From the NCBI GenBank assembly GCA_964035545.1, contig OZ037766.1, positions 9,352,722-9,416,721 of the forward strand: DNA of 64,000 bases. The letters are read 5' to 3'. This stretch comes from Bugula neritina (Eukaryota > Animalia > Bryozoa). The position numbers were made by a program, and so were the translations under genes. Positions 50,801-64,000 of this stretch are shown piece after piece. The notes below the pieces were generated by a model. That model was not told the origin of the DNA, did not search any database, and saw only the letters and a program-made list of their open reading frames with translations. Numbering within the stretch: position 1 is the stretch's first letter; every line of letters starts with the position of its first letter.

Positions 50801-53048
50801 GCATGTATTACAATTTCGAGATCTTCCACGTCAAGAAGAAGCAGGTGCCTATTGATACAGTTGAGTGTAAGGAGGTGGTTAATGCATTCGCCTGGGAGCC
50901 TGTGGGGTCCAAGTTTGCCTTTATTCATGGCGAATCGCCTAGAATCAGTGTCTCCTTTTATAAAATCGGAGATGAGAAAATTACTCAACTTAGTGAGTAT
51001 CTCCACGATTAGTCTTTACTTTTTTTACTTGAGAGTTTATTTATTAGCACATCTGTTGAGTCATTCCTAATTCTTGTATTGTTGAAGATGCACAGTGTTA
51101 TGAGTTTTACACAAAGTGTATGAAAGTTGCATGGTGAAAGTCTTACAATGCAATTATAGTATTTCTATCTAAATAGACTATTGGTGGTCTTCCTGAGAAA
51201 AATATACAACCAACTTAGTAAAGTGAACTTGCACATAATAATAACTTGAACTATAATAACGCAACGTGTGTGTGTGTTTTTAGAAACTCTGGAGAAGAGA
51301 GCCTGCAATAGCCTGTTTTGGTGTCCCACTGGACAGTTTGTAATTCTGGCTGGATTAAGGTCTATGAATGGTATTCTGGAGTTTGTGGATACATCAGATA
51401 TGACAGTGATGACAACTCCACAGGAGCACTTCATGTGTACTGATGTTGAGTGGGATCCCACTGGCCGATATGTTGCTACTGCGGTCAGCTATTGGGGCCA
51501 CAAGGTATCATTAATTTATGATAACCACTCACGGTGTATTATATATATTAATTTTTTTACAAAGTAAATGCGAGTGTGCTTAGTTTTAACTGATATATTA
51601 GTTACTATTTTACTAAAGATGTTGTTTTTCTGGTTATTATTTCAATTGAAAACCCATATTGGGTTCAATAATGCATAAGCAACTTGAAGTGCCAGGCTTA
51701 GCGTTATCAGCTAGTTTGTCTCATGAAGTTGCAAAATCAATTTATTCTGTCTCCATTTAGGTGCTTGTATTTTCAACTTCTTGCACTGATGATTTGGCAG
51801 TTAACACTTATACATACTTCTATTTTGTAGTTAAACCTTCATTTACAAATGTGTCTTGCTGTATTTTACATTTCATTTCTTTACTTTAGATGGACAATGG
51901 GTTCTGGTTGTGGAACTTCCAAGGCCGACAGATATCCAAGAATCCTATGGATGGTTTCTGTCAACTCCTATGGCGTCCAAGACCACCCACTTTGCTTACA
52001 GCAAAAAATATTAAGGTAAGTTTAAGTTTACTTGGAGTTGTTGGTTTATTTCTGCTTAGTTTTTCGCAATATACTGTGACATCAGATTCCTAAGTACCAT
52101 ATTAAATACTGATTTAGCTTCATGTCATCAGCTGTTGGATACTATCATTGATTTCCATTCTCATGAAATGTGAATCTGTTTTAGGAGGTGCGTAAGAATA
52201 TGAAAGAGTATAGTAAGATCTTTGAAAAGCAGGACCAGAAAGCCCAGTCTAAGGCTTCAAAGGTAATTATGTGTGACTATTCCTTTTCAATGTGGGTTAT
52301 AGTTAATGTAAAATTTTGAGCATATTTGTGCATGACTTAACGGCCAACTGTTCTTAGTGCAGTTAGCTACAATCAATATTGTGTTTTATAGGATGTGTTG
52401 GATAAGAGGAAAAAGATGATGGATGACTTCAACCATTACCGACAGCAAGTTCAGAAGGTTATTGATCAGCAGAAAATGGAAAGAATGGCTTTAAGGAATA
52501 GTAAGTTTCAGTACTTAGGTATGCAAGAGAATTTATTGAGGGGAAATGAGAATTGTAATATTTTATGAAATGCTTCTAATATCTAAACAAAACTTTCAGT
52601 TTAAAAGTGTTCAATTTTGTGGCAAGTCATATTCTATTATTGGATGGCATACTCTAGAAGTGTGAGCATACTTGCTAAAAATAACAGAAAGTTGAAAAAC
52701 ATTTTTGGCATGATGAAGTAATCATTGTTGTTTTACTAAATGACACATGTATATCCTACAACCACTAAGGCAATTCTATTGTTGTCACTGAATGTTCCCA
52801 GTATTCTCTCGTGGCTTCAAAGATGCTGACTTTGAAATCCTGTATGTATATTGCAAGGGAAGCTGGTAATGAACTTGTTAGTTTACATTTACACTATTGG
52901 GCTAGTTAGTTATTGAAATCGCAATGCTGATTTGCAACTTATTATTGCAGACACAGACACAGATGAGTTGGATAGTCAAGGTGATAATTTTGAGGAAGAG
53001 GTTATTGAATTCTTAGTTAAAGTTGATGAGACCATAGTTGAAGAATAG
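47810..53048 (+). CDS. EIF3B: Eukaryotic translation initiation factor 3 subunit B
   Basis: [19 protein letters not shown] ([32 protein letters not shown]), beta-propeller ([63 protein letters not shown]) and C-terminal [18 protein letters not shown]. Confidence 0.97.
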
Positions 53049-55382
53049 TCATCAATACCAACCTGTAAAAGCACCTGATCAGCTTGCTAAATTATAATAG
53101 CTGCTGAGCAGGTGTCTGTTCTCTCCCATCACTGCTGCTGACTTGCTTTTGATTGGCCCATTTTATCGATTGTCTAAACCATCGATTAGAAACAATGTGT
53201 GTATTAGAAATTTCACTTCCTATGTCTTGTATCCATCTTTGTTCAATGGTGTGTCTTCTCATTACATTGAGTTTTATATTTACATACTTCAGTTTTTGCT
53301 TTCCATTACCCTATCGGTTGCCAGGTTTAATATACTATAATACTTGTTACTCATGCAATAAATGTTCTCACATGTCATTTATTTGCCTTTTGATTTATTT
53401 GGATAAGTGCAGGCAATGCTCTTTGTTGATTGTCGGGGATGGGGGATACTCATAATGTGCCAGTTCAGTTTTAATTCATTAGCTCCATTCCATCTAACTC
53501 AACTTATGCAATTGAAAAAAAGAGAATATTTTGCAACAATACATGCAAGGAAACTTGTATCACTCTGAAAAAATAATACGTTTTAGGTATATATAAATGT
53601 GTAGGATAAGAATAAATTATGAAGCTTCAAGTTTTTCAGCAGCTGGATATGCCTTCGGTTTCATATAAGAGTTGGAAATAATTTTAGACTTATCTTCCAG
53701 AATTGGGTAGGATAACTCCAGTGTTGAGTCGGAAGACTCGAAGGTGTTTGCTAACCCCAGTAAAGTTGCCGAGGGCTAACCAGTGTGAACTTTGACCCTT
53801 TGGGTTAAACTGCTGTAGTTTCCTGTTTAGCGTAGTGATGGTAATAGCTTCAAGTTGGTGATAATCATAATGATATCTCAATCTGTATCTATGTTGAGTC
53901 TCTAGACCCTCGAAAGGGAAGAGGAGACCTTTACGGAGGAGTGTTATGAAGGCGTGACTTCAGAGATTCTAAGGTATCTGATTGTCTTGGAAAGGAAACT
54001 ATTAGTATTAAACTTAAAGTATATGCTGGAATTTGTGAGTAATGAACGAGGAATATGTCTGGACATGTTAGTGTTACGTGTTAGGATAGATGGACAATTG
54101 AATTAGTTACTTCTTGGAAGTTATTAATAATTTCAGGGCAGACATTTTTATTAGCTAGGAATTGAAGTAGTATTTTTATACGGCTTGATTTTCTATGTGA
54201 CGGCCAGTGTATCGTACTGGAGATAATTATTATTATGTCTTCATTTATTTGCGCTTTTTGAAGTTATTGCGTTTAAAATTAAATTTAATGTTTTGACGGT
54301 AGGGCTTGATTTTGCAGTTATCAACAACACGACCAAGTATAAATTTAATTTTAGACTTAAAGCCGATTGTAAACTAAAAGTAAAACGAAGTCAAACTTAA
54401 ATTCAAATTGAAATTGAAGTGAAACTGAAGGTAGCTCTTTTACTTTTAGTTTTTAATTTTTCATCAAAGTCAACGTCTATCACAAGTACAAAAGTACCAG
54501 TAGTGGTAGTAGAGAGGTTGACAATGAGACTACTGCTATTACCCACTGTTCTGTTTATAAACAATTCTACAATACTCCGTCGGACAGTTTAGGCCTTAAG
54601 CCTAAGGTGAAGACTAAAAGCCAAAGGTGCAATAAATGTATTTACTTTTAGTTTTAGAATAGATGAAATTCAGATGGGAGTTTAAAATATTTTTAAGTAA
54701 AAAAATGGTATATGCAGATAGTGATAGTCTGAATATTGTCTGTAAGAGATACAAGGACGTCTTTAAAAGCAAACTCTATTATAGTTATCAATTGAAGATA
54801 AATTAATATATAAAAGTATCATTGTGTTGATATCTACTTGTAATGTATTTAATTATCATTACTGAATGACATAAAACAGCTATTAAATTAATTTTAAAAT
54901 ATTCTTTTTTAAAATTATGTTCTTCTATGTCCAAAAGATTGAGTTCAATTCTCAAAAGCTATTATCTAATAACAAGTCTTGGATTTTACTATCTAAAATT
55001 ATTTCAAATTGTTCGAAATGAATATGTTTAATCAAGACTATTTTTTCGATCATTTGAATCTCTTTGAAGTTGTTTCCTATTTATTAAAAATTATTTTGTA
55101 ATTCTAATGCTAGTACAAGTACTTTAATAAATTAACCATCATGCAGGTTATTGCCTGTCACAGTACTTTATTCTTGAATTCTCAAAGCTCGCTGACTGTC
55201 TTGATAAACAGTATGTGAAAAATTTACGTATACTATTTTGAAATGCACAGCTTAATTATTGAAATGTTGGCCACTCATGCATTAAGTAATAAATTACAGT
55301 GTAGTTTATGTTGAAGATGCTTCAAATACTGCAACTAAACCTGTTTAATTAACAATATTTTTTGCTTCATCTAGTTTCAGAG

Positions 55383-57144
55383 ATGGCTAAAAAGGCAGCT
55401 AAGATTCATTTAGCTGACATAAAACCAACAGCAACGTGTGGGATATGTATGCAACTGTTTACTGAACCTCGAGAGCTAAAATGTGGGCATACGTATTGTT
55501 TAGTATGCCTGAAAAGTTACCAAAACTCAAAATCAGTAGTGAAAGGATGCCCACAATGCCGGCAAGTGACGGTACCAATCAGCGAAGAGCTTGACACACT
55601 GCCAAGTGATGATCTAGCTGCCAATCTTGTATGCTTGATACACAAGTATGAGCCAGGTGCATACGGTGAGATTATCTCTGCTCTTTCTTGAATATATTAC
55701 AGCTAAAGAGACTAATAGTGCATGTCAAGCATGTTGATAAAAAGCATGCGTGTATATTTGTATGATGACTTTTAATGGATTCTTTTTAGCTTGTCATAGT
55801 CATGCTCAATGCCTGCAGTATCTAATGTTATATTTCAGCGATCTTGCTATTTATGTTTTTCTTTTTTGTAGTTCAGTAAGTCAATTGGTGTTGTCTTGAT
55901 TTTTTATCTCTGTTGATATGTTTTAACCAAAGACTTGATACGCTGAGCATCTGTACTTAACACTGCTTGTTATGGATTTATGCCTGGAATTTGTTGCACT
56001 GATTTATTATATGAGCTTAAAATAATATATTTCTTGTTTAGAACCCCCAATTACGTGGAAACCTAGAGCTCAAGATTCTCCTAGTCTAAATGAGGATAAT
56101 TATAATTCTCCATATTTGCAACATGAATATGATGATCCATTTGCTTCAACAAGACACCGCTCTGTTACATGCGATGAATGTGAAGTCTCTGCATTTACTG
56201 GTGCAAGATTTAAATGCGGGTGAATTTATTAACCTACTTTGTTTATAGGGATATGAAAAAAATTAAAAGTACCTTCTGTGTGTACCTATGAGCCACTTTT
56301 CCTTTTGCAGGATGTGCGAAGACTATGATTTGTGTGAAGATTGTGAAGCGAAACCCAGGGAGGATGTTCACGACATAGAGCATATATTTATTAAAATGAA
56401 GAAACCTCGAACTTCTTCTGCAACTGGAAGAAGAGTCCTACATGAGGTATGCAATGCTCTGTCTCACTACTTTAGGGATAGTTTAGATTAATTTTAAGCA
56501 AAAAGCATTTTTATTGAGTTGTTGAGCATTCTGAATGGTATCCAAAAACACGCCAACATCAGTTTCACTTAAGCCGTTAGATTGCTTTTTAGATGTATGG
56601 ATATTGTATATATTCTTTAGCATTCAACTTTAATGGGGATGACACAAGACATGGACTCTTATATTCATTCAGGTAAAGATAGTTTTCAATGTGATCGCTG
56701 CCACACTTCTCCGATATCAGGGACCAGATTCAAGTGCGGGTAAATATTTCAATTGGTTCTTGTCTGTTCATTTCCAAGTCTATCTGGCATAGGTATATCA
56801 GTCGATGTTTTTTTATATTCGTTGTCTGTTTGTAGCTATTCTCTGATTTGTATCTTGTTAATCTGTATTTGAATGATGTATTTACTGGCATGAGTTTTTT
56901 TTATAAACATGTTAGCTACCCACTCACCATTAAAACATTACCTCAGATTAATTTAAGTTTCATAATTTATTGCTCATTTCTATAATGGTCATATTGCAGA
57001 GTTTGTGAAAACTTTGATTTATGCCAATCATGTGAGAGAACATCTCAAGAGTTTCACAATCCTGACCACATATTCTTGGTACTGCGGCATCCTGTAGCTT
57101 TCCACACAACTGTACCTCAGTTACTATACCAGTTTTACAATTGA
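55383..57144 (+). CDS. RING-HC plus two ZZ zinc fingers, paralogue A (5 coding exons)
   Basis: RING CGICMQLFTEPRELKCGHTYCLVC..CPQCR; ZZ1 CDECEVSAFTGARFKCG|MCEDYDLCEDC..H..H; ZZ2 CDRCHTSPISGTRFKCG|VCENFDLCQSC..H..H. All junctions are GT-AG and in frame. TGA at 57142-57144. Confidence 0.88.
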
Positions 57145-59621
57145 TAATTTTAGATTCTGTGCAACATAATTTTGTAAAGTGTCACTTTATAACATATTAT
57201 ATTTTTTGCTTTTTCATGTTGTCTGTGATGATGGAAATGAGTGATGTTAGTTTTACTTTTTAAGTTTTTTGCAACGCGAACATAATTGCATATGCTTTTA
57301 CTAAATTTTAAAACAGTTTATCTGTGATTTTAAATTGTAAGCTTTTATAGTTTTGTTCTTTTACCTAAAATACCAGCTAACTTTGTGGTATAATTCCCTA
57401 AATTTTAACTTGTGCAGCTTTCATTCAAAGGATTATAATTTTATAGTTGTTTTTATTTATTTGTCAATGTTGACAATCACCACCTATTTCATCCAATTGG
57501 AAAAAAATGTATTTTAACCATGTAACTTCTAAATAATATTAAGCTGTCTGTTTTTAATACCTACTACAAATGTTCTATTGTTTTATATAGTCTACTTAGT
57601 GTCAAAAAACTGCAATTATCAATTATTTATTTCTACATTTCTCCATAATACAAATAAAAATTAGTTTGTTTTATAAAGGTGTTTACTTTGACACTATTAA
57701 GATTGCTTTTTATTGCACATGAAAAGATTTACTAAGAGCATTCTAAATTGAAGATGTTTTTATTAATATTTTTGATAACAGCTGTCAGCATCATAAAATT
57801 TCTAACCAATTTGTACAAAAAATCCTTTTTTAATGAAATTCAACATACATGCAATATTATAAAGTTGGAAAATGCTTTTTTTATGAACACCTCACATATG
57901 CACTTCTTGCAGATCACATAGACAGTTTGAATTGCATACTTGAACATTCTAATATATCTACAAGCAGCATCTTAAATTTGTGCACCCGTGAGTTGCAAGA
58001 CTGTGTTCATTTCTTCCATTGCAAATATGTGACACTTTTATTTTAACAGCTGGAGTTGTCTGTTTACCAAGGACGTCGATTGTAGAAATATAACTAAGGA
58101 GTGGGCGTGTCGTCATTTTGGCCTGCGGATTTTCCACAACGTAAATCGCTGCAATTTTCTTCAGATCTTCATTTTGACAATATTCGTGATCAAAAGGAGC
58201 TCATACTTATAACCTTGTTATTGGCAAAATTTTATATTAATAACACTTATTATCAATACTTAAACATTTTTACAGTTATTGTATAATTTTTCTTTTCATT
58301 TTCCTTTGTTTTAATACCTATAGTTATATCGTTAAACTTGAAGGTAAACAGTGCTGCTGCCAACATGTTCAAACTGAAACTGCTCCTGAGTCCTGGGCAA
58401 TCGCAATCACAATGGACTTGGAGTGAATGATTCAATCAGTCAATAAGCATCAGCATCAAATCGAAAATTAACATTGTAATTCAAATTGTATGTAGTATAT
58501 AAATTATAATTACACCACTTATGAGTTATCTTTATAGATTTGTAATCATAATCAAAATGACTAATGAGTAATAAGTAGTACTAGTTCGTGCCTTAGTTTA
58601 TTGACAATTAATATTATTATTGATCACTGAAAAGAATTATATTGATATTAGAAATGGATAATAAAATTAAAACTTTTGCTCTTATTTATAGTTAAAAAGT
58701 ATTTGTAAAAAAAATTGGAAAAGTCATGTTATCTGTTGTAACTTATGAAGTATGAATTAGAACATAATATGAATATCAATATAAATGGGATTGAATCAGC
58801 TTTGAAAAGTTGAAAAAAACAGTTGTTCTCAAATGGCAATGCTTGGTATTTCCACGTTTTAAATATCTTTGATTGTTTGTGTTCGATGGCGCTACTTTTG
58901 TCTGAGCTACTTCTTTACAGTTTGTTCTAGTTGATACCCATGAAGGCATCTGTTGTTACTTAAGTATCTTACCTGGTTTTGGAGAATTTTTTTCCATGAT
59001 TTGAAAAGCAGAGTTTGCATTACCAAGATATATCTGTAGGCGCTCACTTTCCGCCCAGCTTCTAATATAATATTATATGGAATAAAAGCGAAGGTTCCTA
59101 CAAACATTTTGGTGCTTTGATTTGCTTTTATTCCTTTGATCCTACATTGGCCAATCCTGTATTTCCATGACATGCTCCTGAAATTTGGCTGTCTTTCTTC
59201 AAAATTAAAGAAGTGACATCATACTTCTCTTGGAGCTACTCCCATTTTAATTCGGAAGGTGTTAAACACAGCTTTTACATTAGATGCTCTCCTTCAACAC
59301 TCCTATACTCCTATTCTGAAGGGAAATAACTGTGCTCTAAGCTTCTTTGGTTAACTACTGCTGTACCTGTAAACTGCTGTATGTAGTACTCCACATTATC
59401 AACCCCATTGAACTCGGAGAGCTGAAGGTATGAATCATCTGTGGAGGTTGCCTCTCCCGCCTTGCTACTACAGGCTTTATTTAGTGTCTAGCAAAATGGC
59501 AGACATACCTCTAGCTCGAACACTAGAGGCCTGTGTGTTATGTTTTTATCTTCCTTAGAAACTCTATATTAGCTGACGTCTGCTCTCAACTAGTGTCATG
59601 AGTTTAACTCTGTAAGAATTT

Positions 59622-59693
59622 TGCCCCCACTGCGATCTGAACCACAGACCTCCGGCTTGCAAGCTGGCATACCAACCATTACACTACAGGGGC
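59622..59693 (-). mobile_element. tRNA-like SINE head or tRNA pseudogene
   Basis: Minus strand GCCCCTGTAGTGTAATGGTT..CTTGCAA..GGTTCAGATCGCAGTGGGGGC has an A box, a degenerate B box and a partly paired acceptor stem; the anticodon and T arms are mismatched. Confidence 0.6.
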
Positions 59694-60309
59694 TACTGGG
59701 TAATCTTAGAACTACAAGCACTTTCCACCGCTGCTAATGAAATATAAAGGTTTTGTTGTTTTTGATTACTAGACCTTAACCTACTAGTTAGAAGCACACT
59801 TCTAATAATCTATACAGTCTTTTTCAATCTAGATAGAAGATTTATTGTAAGTATAAAATGCGTCGGAAGAGTGCTAGCAACAATGTAATTTACAGTATCT
59901 ATATATTTTTATAGTTACAGGCTCTTTTCAGCAAGGAAGTCGATGCGGCAATTTATGCATGGCAGTATAAATGATTAAATAACTCCAGTATTTTGTGCAC
60001 CTAAGACAATTATACAATAATGGTAGCACTTGCAAAGAAGAAATATTTTATTGTGTAATAACTTAGGCATTTATTAACAGCTGAATGATAATGAGCTATT
60101 ATGACAATATGACAATATTTGCACACTTTAGGCACTACAAAATTACTTGGGAACAGAAACACAAGAATGTCTGTCTTTCATGTGTACAGTTGACTATTAC
60201 TGATTATTACACAAAGGCTTTTTTTATTTTAGGTAGATCCAGTGGTGATCCAGCTTGTTAGTGATACTAAAATATTAAAACTGGATGAATATTTTATTTC
60301 AGCAGAGCC

Positions 60310-62963
60310 ATGGCCGCTGGTGGAAACAGTGATCGACTTGATCAAATAAAAGAAGCGATCACATGTGGTATATGCATACAACTTTATACTGACCCTAGGA
60401 GCCTTACCTGTGGCCACAGTTACTGTTTTCTCTGTCTTCAACACCTCCAAAAGTCTACAAGCCAGCAAAAAGAGTGCCCTGTTTGCCGTGCAACAACTAT
60501 ACCAAGCAAAAACGATCTTGAAAATTTGCCTTCAAACAAGTTAGCCACTAATTTAGTGAAATTAGTACAAACACATGATCCTTCTGCCATAGGTTTGTTC
60601 ACTCATTTTATTCTTCAACTATGCATAGATGTCTTTACTATGTTAGATAACTCTAATCTCAGCTTGTAAAACTTTTCTGGAATAAACTTTGATGAGTTTT
60701 TAAGTTTCTGCTTGTTGAGTGATGCGTGTGTGTGCGATCGCAAATATGTGTCACTATTATTATTGTTATTATTAACAGTAATTTACTGGGTATATTTATG
60801 CAGAAGAGCCGCCTGAATGGATAAACCAACCTTCACCAAAAAGTTCCAATCAACTCAGTCGCTCTAGCTCCAACAGCTCTGACAGCAGCAGCTCTATAGC
60901 ATCTGTCAGTGATGCAATTGCGCGTTTACTGCAGCTCACTGATGACCTGGATCTAGATTTACTGCAACATTTGTTCCAGTCTGAAGAGCACTCTGATTCT
61001 GAAGATGGGGAGATAAATTCTAGTGGTGTTCGACATGTTGGAGTCACTTGTGATGCCTGTCGAAAAAGAGATATTAAGAGTGCTAGATTCAAATGTGGGT
61101 AAGAATTAGTATCTTAAAGTCTATAGAACCTGCTTTCGTATAAATTGCAAATTTGTGATTTTCATGTTTTAAATACTAAATAGTTGTTTATAGCTTTTTA
61201 CTATTTTTGATATACCTTAAAAGATATTAATTTAAGTTTTTAAATTTACAGAATGCTAGTGAATGCTCAACATGGTTGCACGGAAATTATTTCTGTCTCT
61301 TGTGTTCTAAAACATTTTCCAAGATGTTATGTGATATGGAGATTGTTTTGGCATGGGAACATCAACTTTATGTTATTGCAAGGATAACATTGTAATATAC
61401 TGAAATTATATGTTTGTGACTTCTAATTTAAAATCTTTGTGAAAATACTACTTGGCATTTAAAACGAGTTATATAACACCCTGCATGCGTGTATAAACAT
61501 CATAATATGTTTGTAGAATTTGTGATGATTTTGACCTTTGTCAAGTTTGTGAAAAGAAGCCGAGGCAGCAAGTTCATAGTACTGACGATCCTCATGTGTT
61601 TATAAAAATAAAAACTCCTACTACATCAGACACACGTGGCAGAACTCTTGCTGAGGTGGGTATAGCATCTACTGTCTCATGAAGAATATATAATTAGCTT
61701 GATTTACTTTATTTGAGATTATTTTACAGCAACTACATCAAATACAGTTTCCAAGTTAATTTGGGACATAACAAAAAGTGGTGTGTGTAAGGAGCATTTC
61801 ATTACACTGAAAAAAGCTTTATTAGAAATAAATACACGAGAAGCATTTTTTGTTTACCACTTTGTTTATCTAAATAAGTGAACTTTTATTTTGGATCTCA
61901 CTGTATCCATCTTCACAGTTGAGTGACTCTAAGCATGAATATAGTGATATTTGACATATATACGTTTCCTTTGCCTCTTTAGATAAATAAAGTAGTACTA
62001 AATACAAAAGTCTATACTGTTTAGTTATTTTGAATGAAGCCCGTAAGGATATAAGATTTTTTTTGTTTACTACGTTGTTTGTAATATTTAATTTAGGATT
62101 CCGAAGTAATGGGTATGACAATGGATGTGACCAAGAAAGAGCATATGCTTCCTATATCAGACACTGAAGTTATGAAAATTACATGTAAACACTGCAATAT
62201 GTCGCCAATTGTTGGAACAAGATTCAAGTGCGGGTATGTAGTTTCAGCTTGTTTTCTTTACTCAGTTTCTAATAAATTTCCTAAAGAGTTTCAAATGCAA
62301 ACAGATCAAGAATTACACTTATAGTTTTTCAAGTTTCATCCTTGTAGTTTTGGCAGTGAAACACAATTATTGCTGGAATTGCTGACACGTTAGAATTGTA
62401 GTGTAGGGGTTACAAGTGATGTCAAAAAAGGGAGTTATTCGAAACTGCATCTATACTACATCAGCAAAGGACAAATCCAATTGAAATCTAAGCTGTTTGC
62501 AACAGTCCAGTTTTAGTACATACCTACTTTTTGTTTGCTATCACAATGTTCAAGTGGTAGAGTAATGCATGGCAGAAGTTTTGATTTGGTAAAACATTTT
62601 TAAAATGAGTTTTGATACTTTTATGGTTATCTATTTATCTTTGTTAAATTATTATTTAAACTGAAGCTCTAATCATCAAATTCTAAATTAAGGAATATTC
62701 ATTAAAATATTTTCCAATTTTGTGGTCCAATGAGTTGTTGAGTTGTCTGCTCATATAAATGAGTGTAGATATGCCCTTTAGTATTGCATGTGTATAAAGC
62801 AGTTACATCTGTATGCAGGGTATGTAGTGACTATGACTTGTGTGAAACGTGTGAAAAGACGAGTGAAGAGTTCCATGACCCGAAGCACCTGTTCCTTGTG
62901 TTCAGATACCCTGTCAACTTCCACACCACAGTTCCTCAACTAACTTGGGACTTCTACCAATAA
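60310..62963 (+). CDS. RING-HC plus two ZZ zinc fingers, paralogue B (5 coding exons)
   Basis: RING CGICIQLYTDPRSLTCGHSYCFLC..CPVCR; ZZ1 CDACRKRDIKSARFKCG|ICDDFDLCQVC; ZZ2 CKHCNMSPIVGTRFKCG|VCSDYDLCETC. Intron positions and phases are the same as in paralogue A. TAA at 62961-62963. Confidence 0.88.
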
Positions 62964-63471
62964 TAGATTTTGTGAACTGCTTTAGACTCTGGATAAATAA
63001 TCATTTTCCTAAATTTTACTTACATATGTTTTTATTTTGTAATTTAGATTATCTATTGGCTTGGTATTTCTTTTAGAGATTTGCATTTCTTCTGCTAAAG
63101 ATAGTAATATTGTTTACTTAAAGCACCACGTTTCTATGCTGCCGAAGGCAGAAAGATAAAAATAATAAATGACATTTAAAAATTTCTTTTTAAATAAGTT
63201 TAAAATTTGGATGCTTTAGCCTGGCACTATTTAAATCTTAGAACTTTTACGCTGTTTGGTGTGATGGCCAATAGGATTTTCTAAAAACTGTTATTTATAC
63301 TTCTGCTGAAATGAAAATTGTTTTTGTGCTTCTTTACTAGCTTGCATAATTATCTTCAAGAACAAGCTTCTTCAAAAGAAAAAATATTTTGCCTGGAAAT
63401 GTTTTTATGCCTGAAATCTATATAGCAAAGTGACCTAAAGATCACTTGAGCTTCCTGCATAGATACCCGAT

Positions 63472-63474
<3 letters not shown>

Positions 63475-63530
<56 letters not shown>
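63475..63530. repeat. (AT)n microsatellite
   Basis: About 28 uninterrupted AT units. Confidence 0.95.
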
Positions 63531-63535
<5 letters not shown>

Positions 63536-64000
63536 CTTCAATGTAGAATACTGTCTTATTGTGTTATTTGCTAGATTATTCTGAAATTTAAAATTAATTA
63601 TGTATTTTTAGATTAGTAATTATTGTTGGCATCAGTGATCAAATATATACAATCCTTTCAGCATATTTGATTACTTTAAAATAAACTTTTGTGCAAATTT
63701 TGCCAAATTGCACTGCTATAATTATATGAAATAAAGTGCTATATAAAACTGATATTATTGATATGTAATGGTAATTCGAACTTCAGATCATAAAGGATGA
63801 TATTATAATCTCAGGAAGTGTAATATAATAACCAGTAAATGTTTGTTACACATGTTGGCCCTTGATTTCTTATGTGTACAAGGTGTTTGGCTTTGTTATT
63901 ATTTACATTCAACATTATAATTACACTGCGTATTGTATGAATATCAATTTCTAAGTTAGCAATATGTATGACCACGTTCTACGGTTATGGTCATGTTCAA

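Noticed and set aside
24454-53048. Functional clustering of PDCD4 with EIF3B, and of the PxDLS zinc finger with the HMG20-like gene
   Set aside because: The genes are separated by unrelated genes; this is compatible with chance in a compact genome unless synteny data say otherwise.
53072-53114. Possible SECIS element (UGA..AAA..GA in a hairpin)
   Set aside because: The core pairs as Watson-Crick rather than as the tandem GA quartet, and EIF3B ends in TAG with no in-frame UGA.
53680-54120. GC-richer intergenic block, with a similar one at about 58900-59530
   Set aside because: Probably decayed transposon sequence, but I found no recognisable motif, TIR or TSD.

Overview
AT-rich, intron-containing animal (probably invertebrate) nuclear DNA; the species cannot be determined from the sequence alone. 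GT-AG splicing by hand gives 11 genes plus one long repeat ORF: a C7orf31/SPMIP4-like gene (+), a C2H2 zinc-finger gene with two PxDLS motifs (-), PBDC1 (+), an HMG20-like gene carrying an extra zinc finger (-), PDCD4 (+), a myristoylated neuronal-calcium-sensor gene (+), CUTC (-), a 446-codon Ser/Glu/Pro/Ala/Gly/Thr repeat ORF (-), an SMYD4-like gene with an intronless CDS (-), eIF3b (+) and two tandem RING-ZZ-ZZ paralogues (+). There are also two MITE-like elements, two tRNA-derived SINE heads, a decayed RTE LINE fragment and simple repeats. Three signals stand out. (1) All three divergent promoter intervals sit in 1.5-2 kb islands of 3/6-bp-periodic (A-N-T)n sequence whose strand polarity flips near the middle. 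(2) SMYD4, the repeat ORF and CUTC lie head-to-tail behind a single island, and the repeat ORF can be spliced in frame into CUTC. (3) The RING-ZZ-ZZ pair resembles an N-degron-recognising E3 ligase. All gene models are manual and lack transcript evidence.
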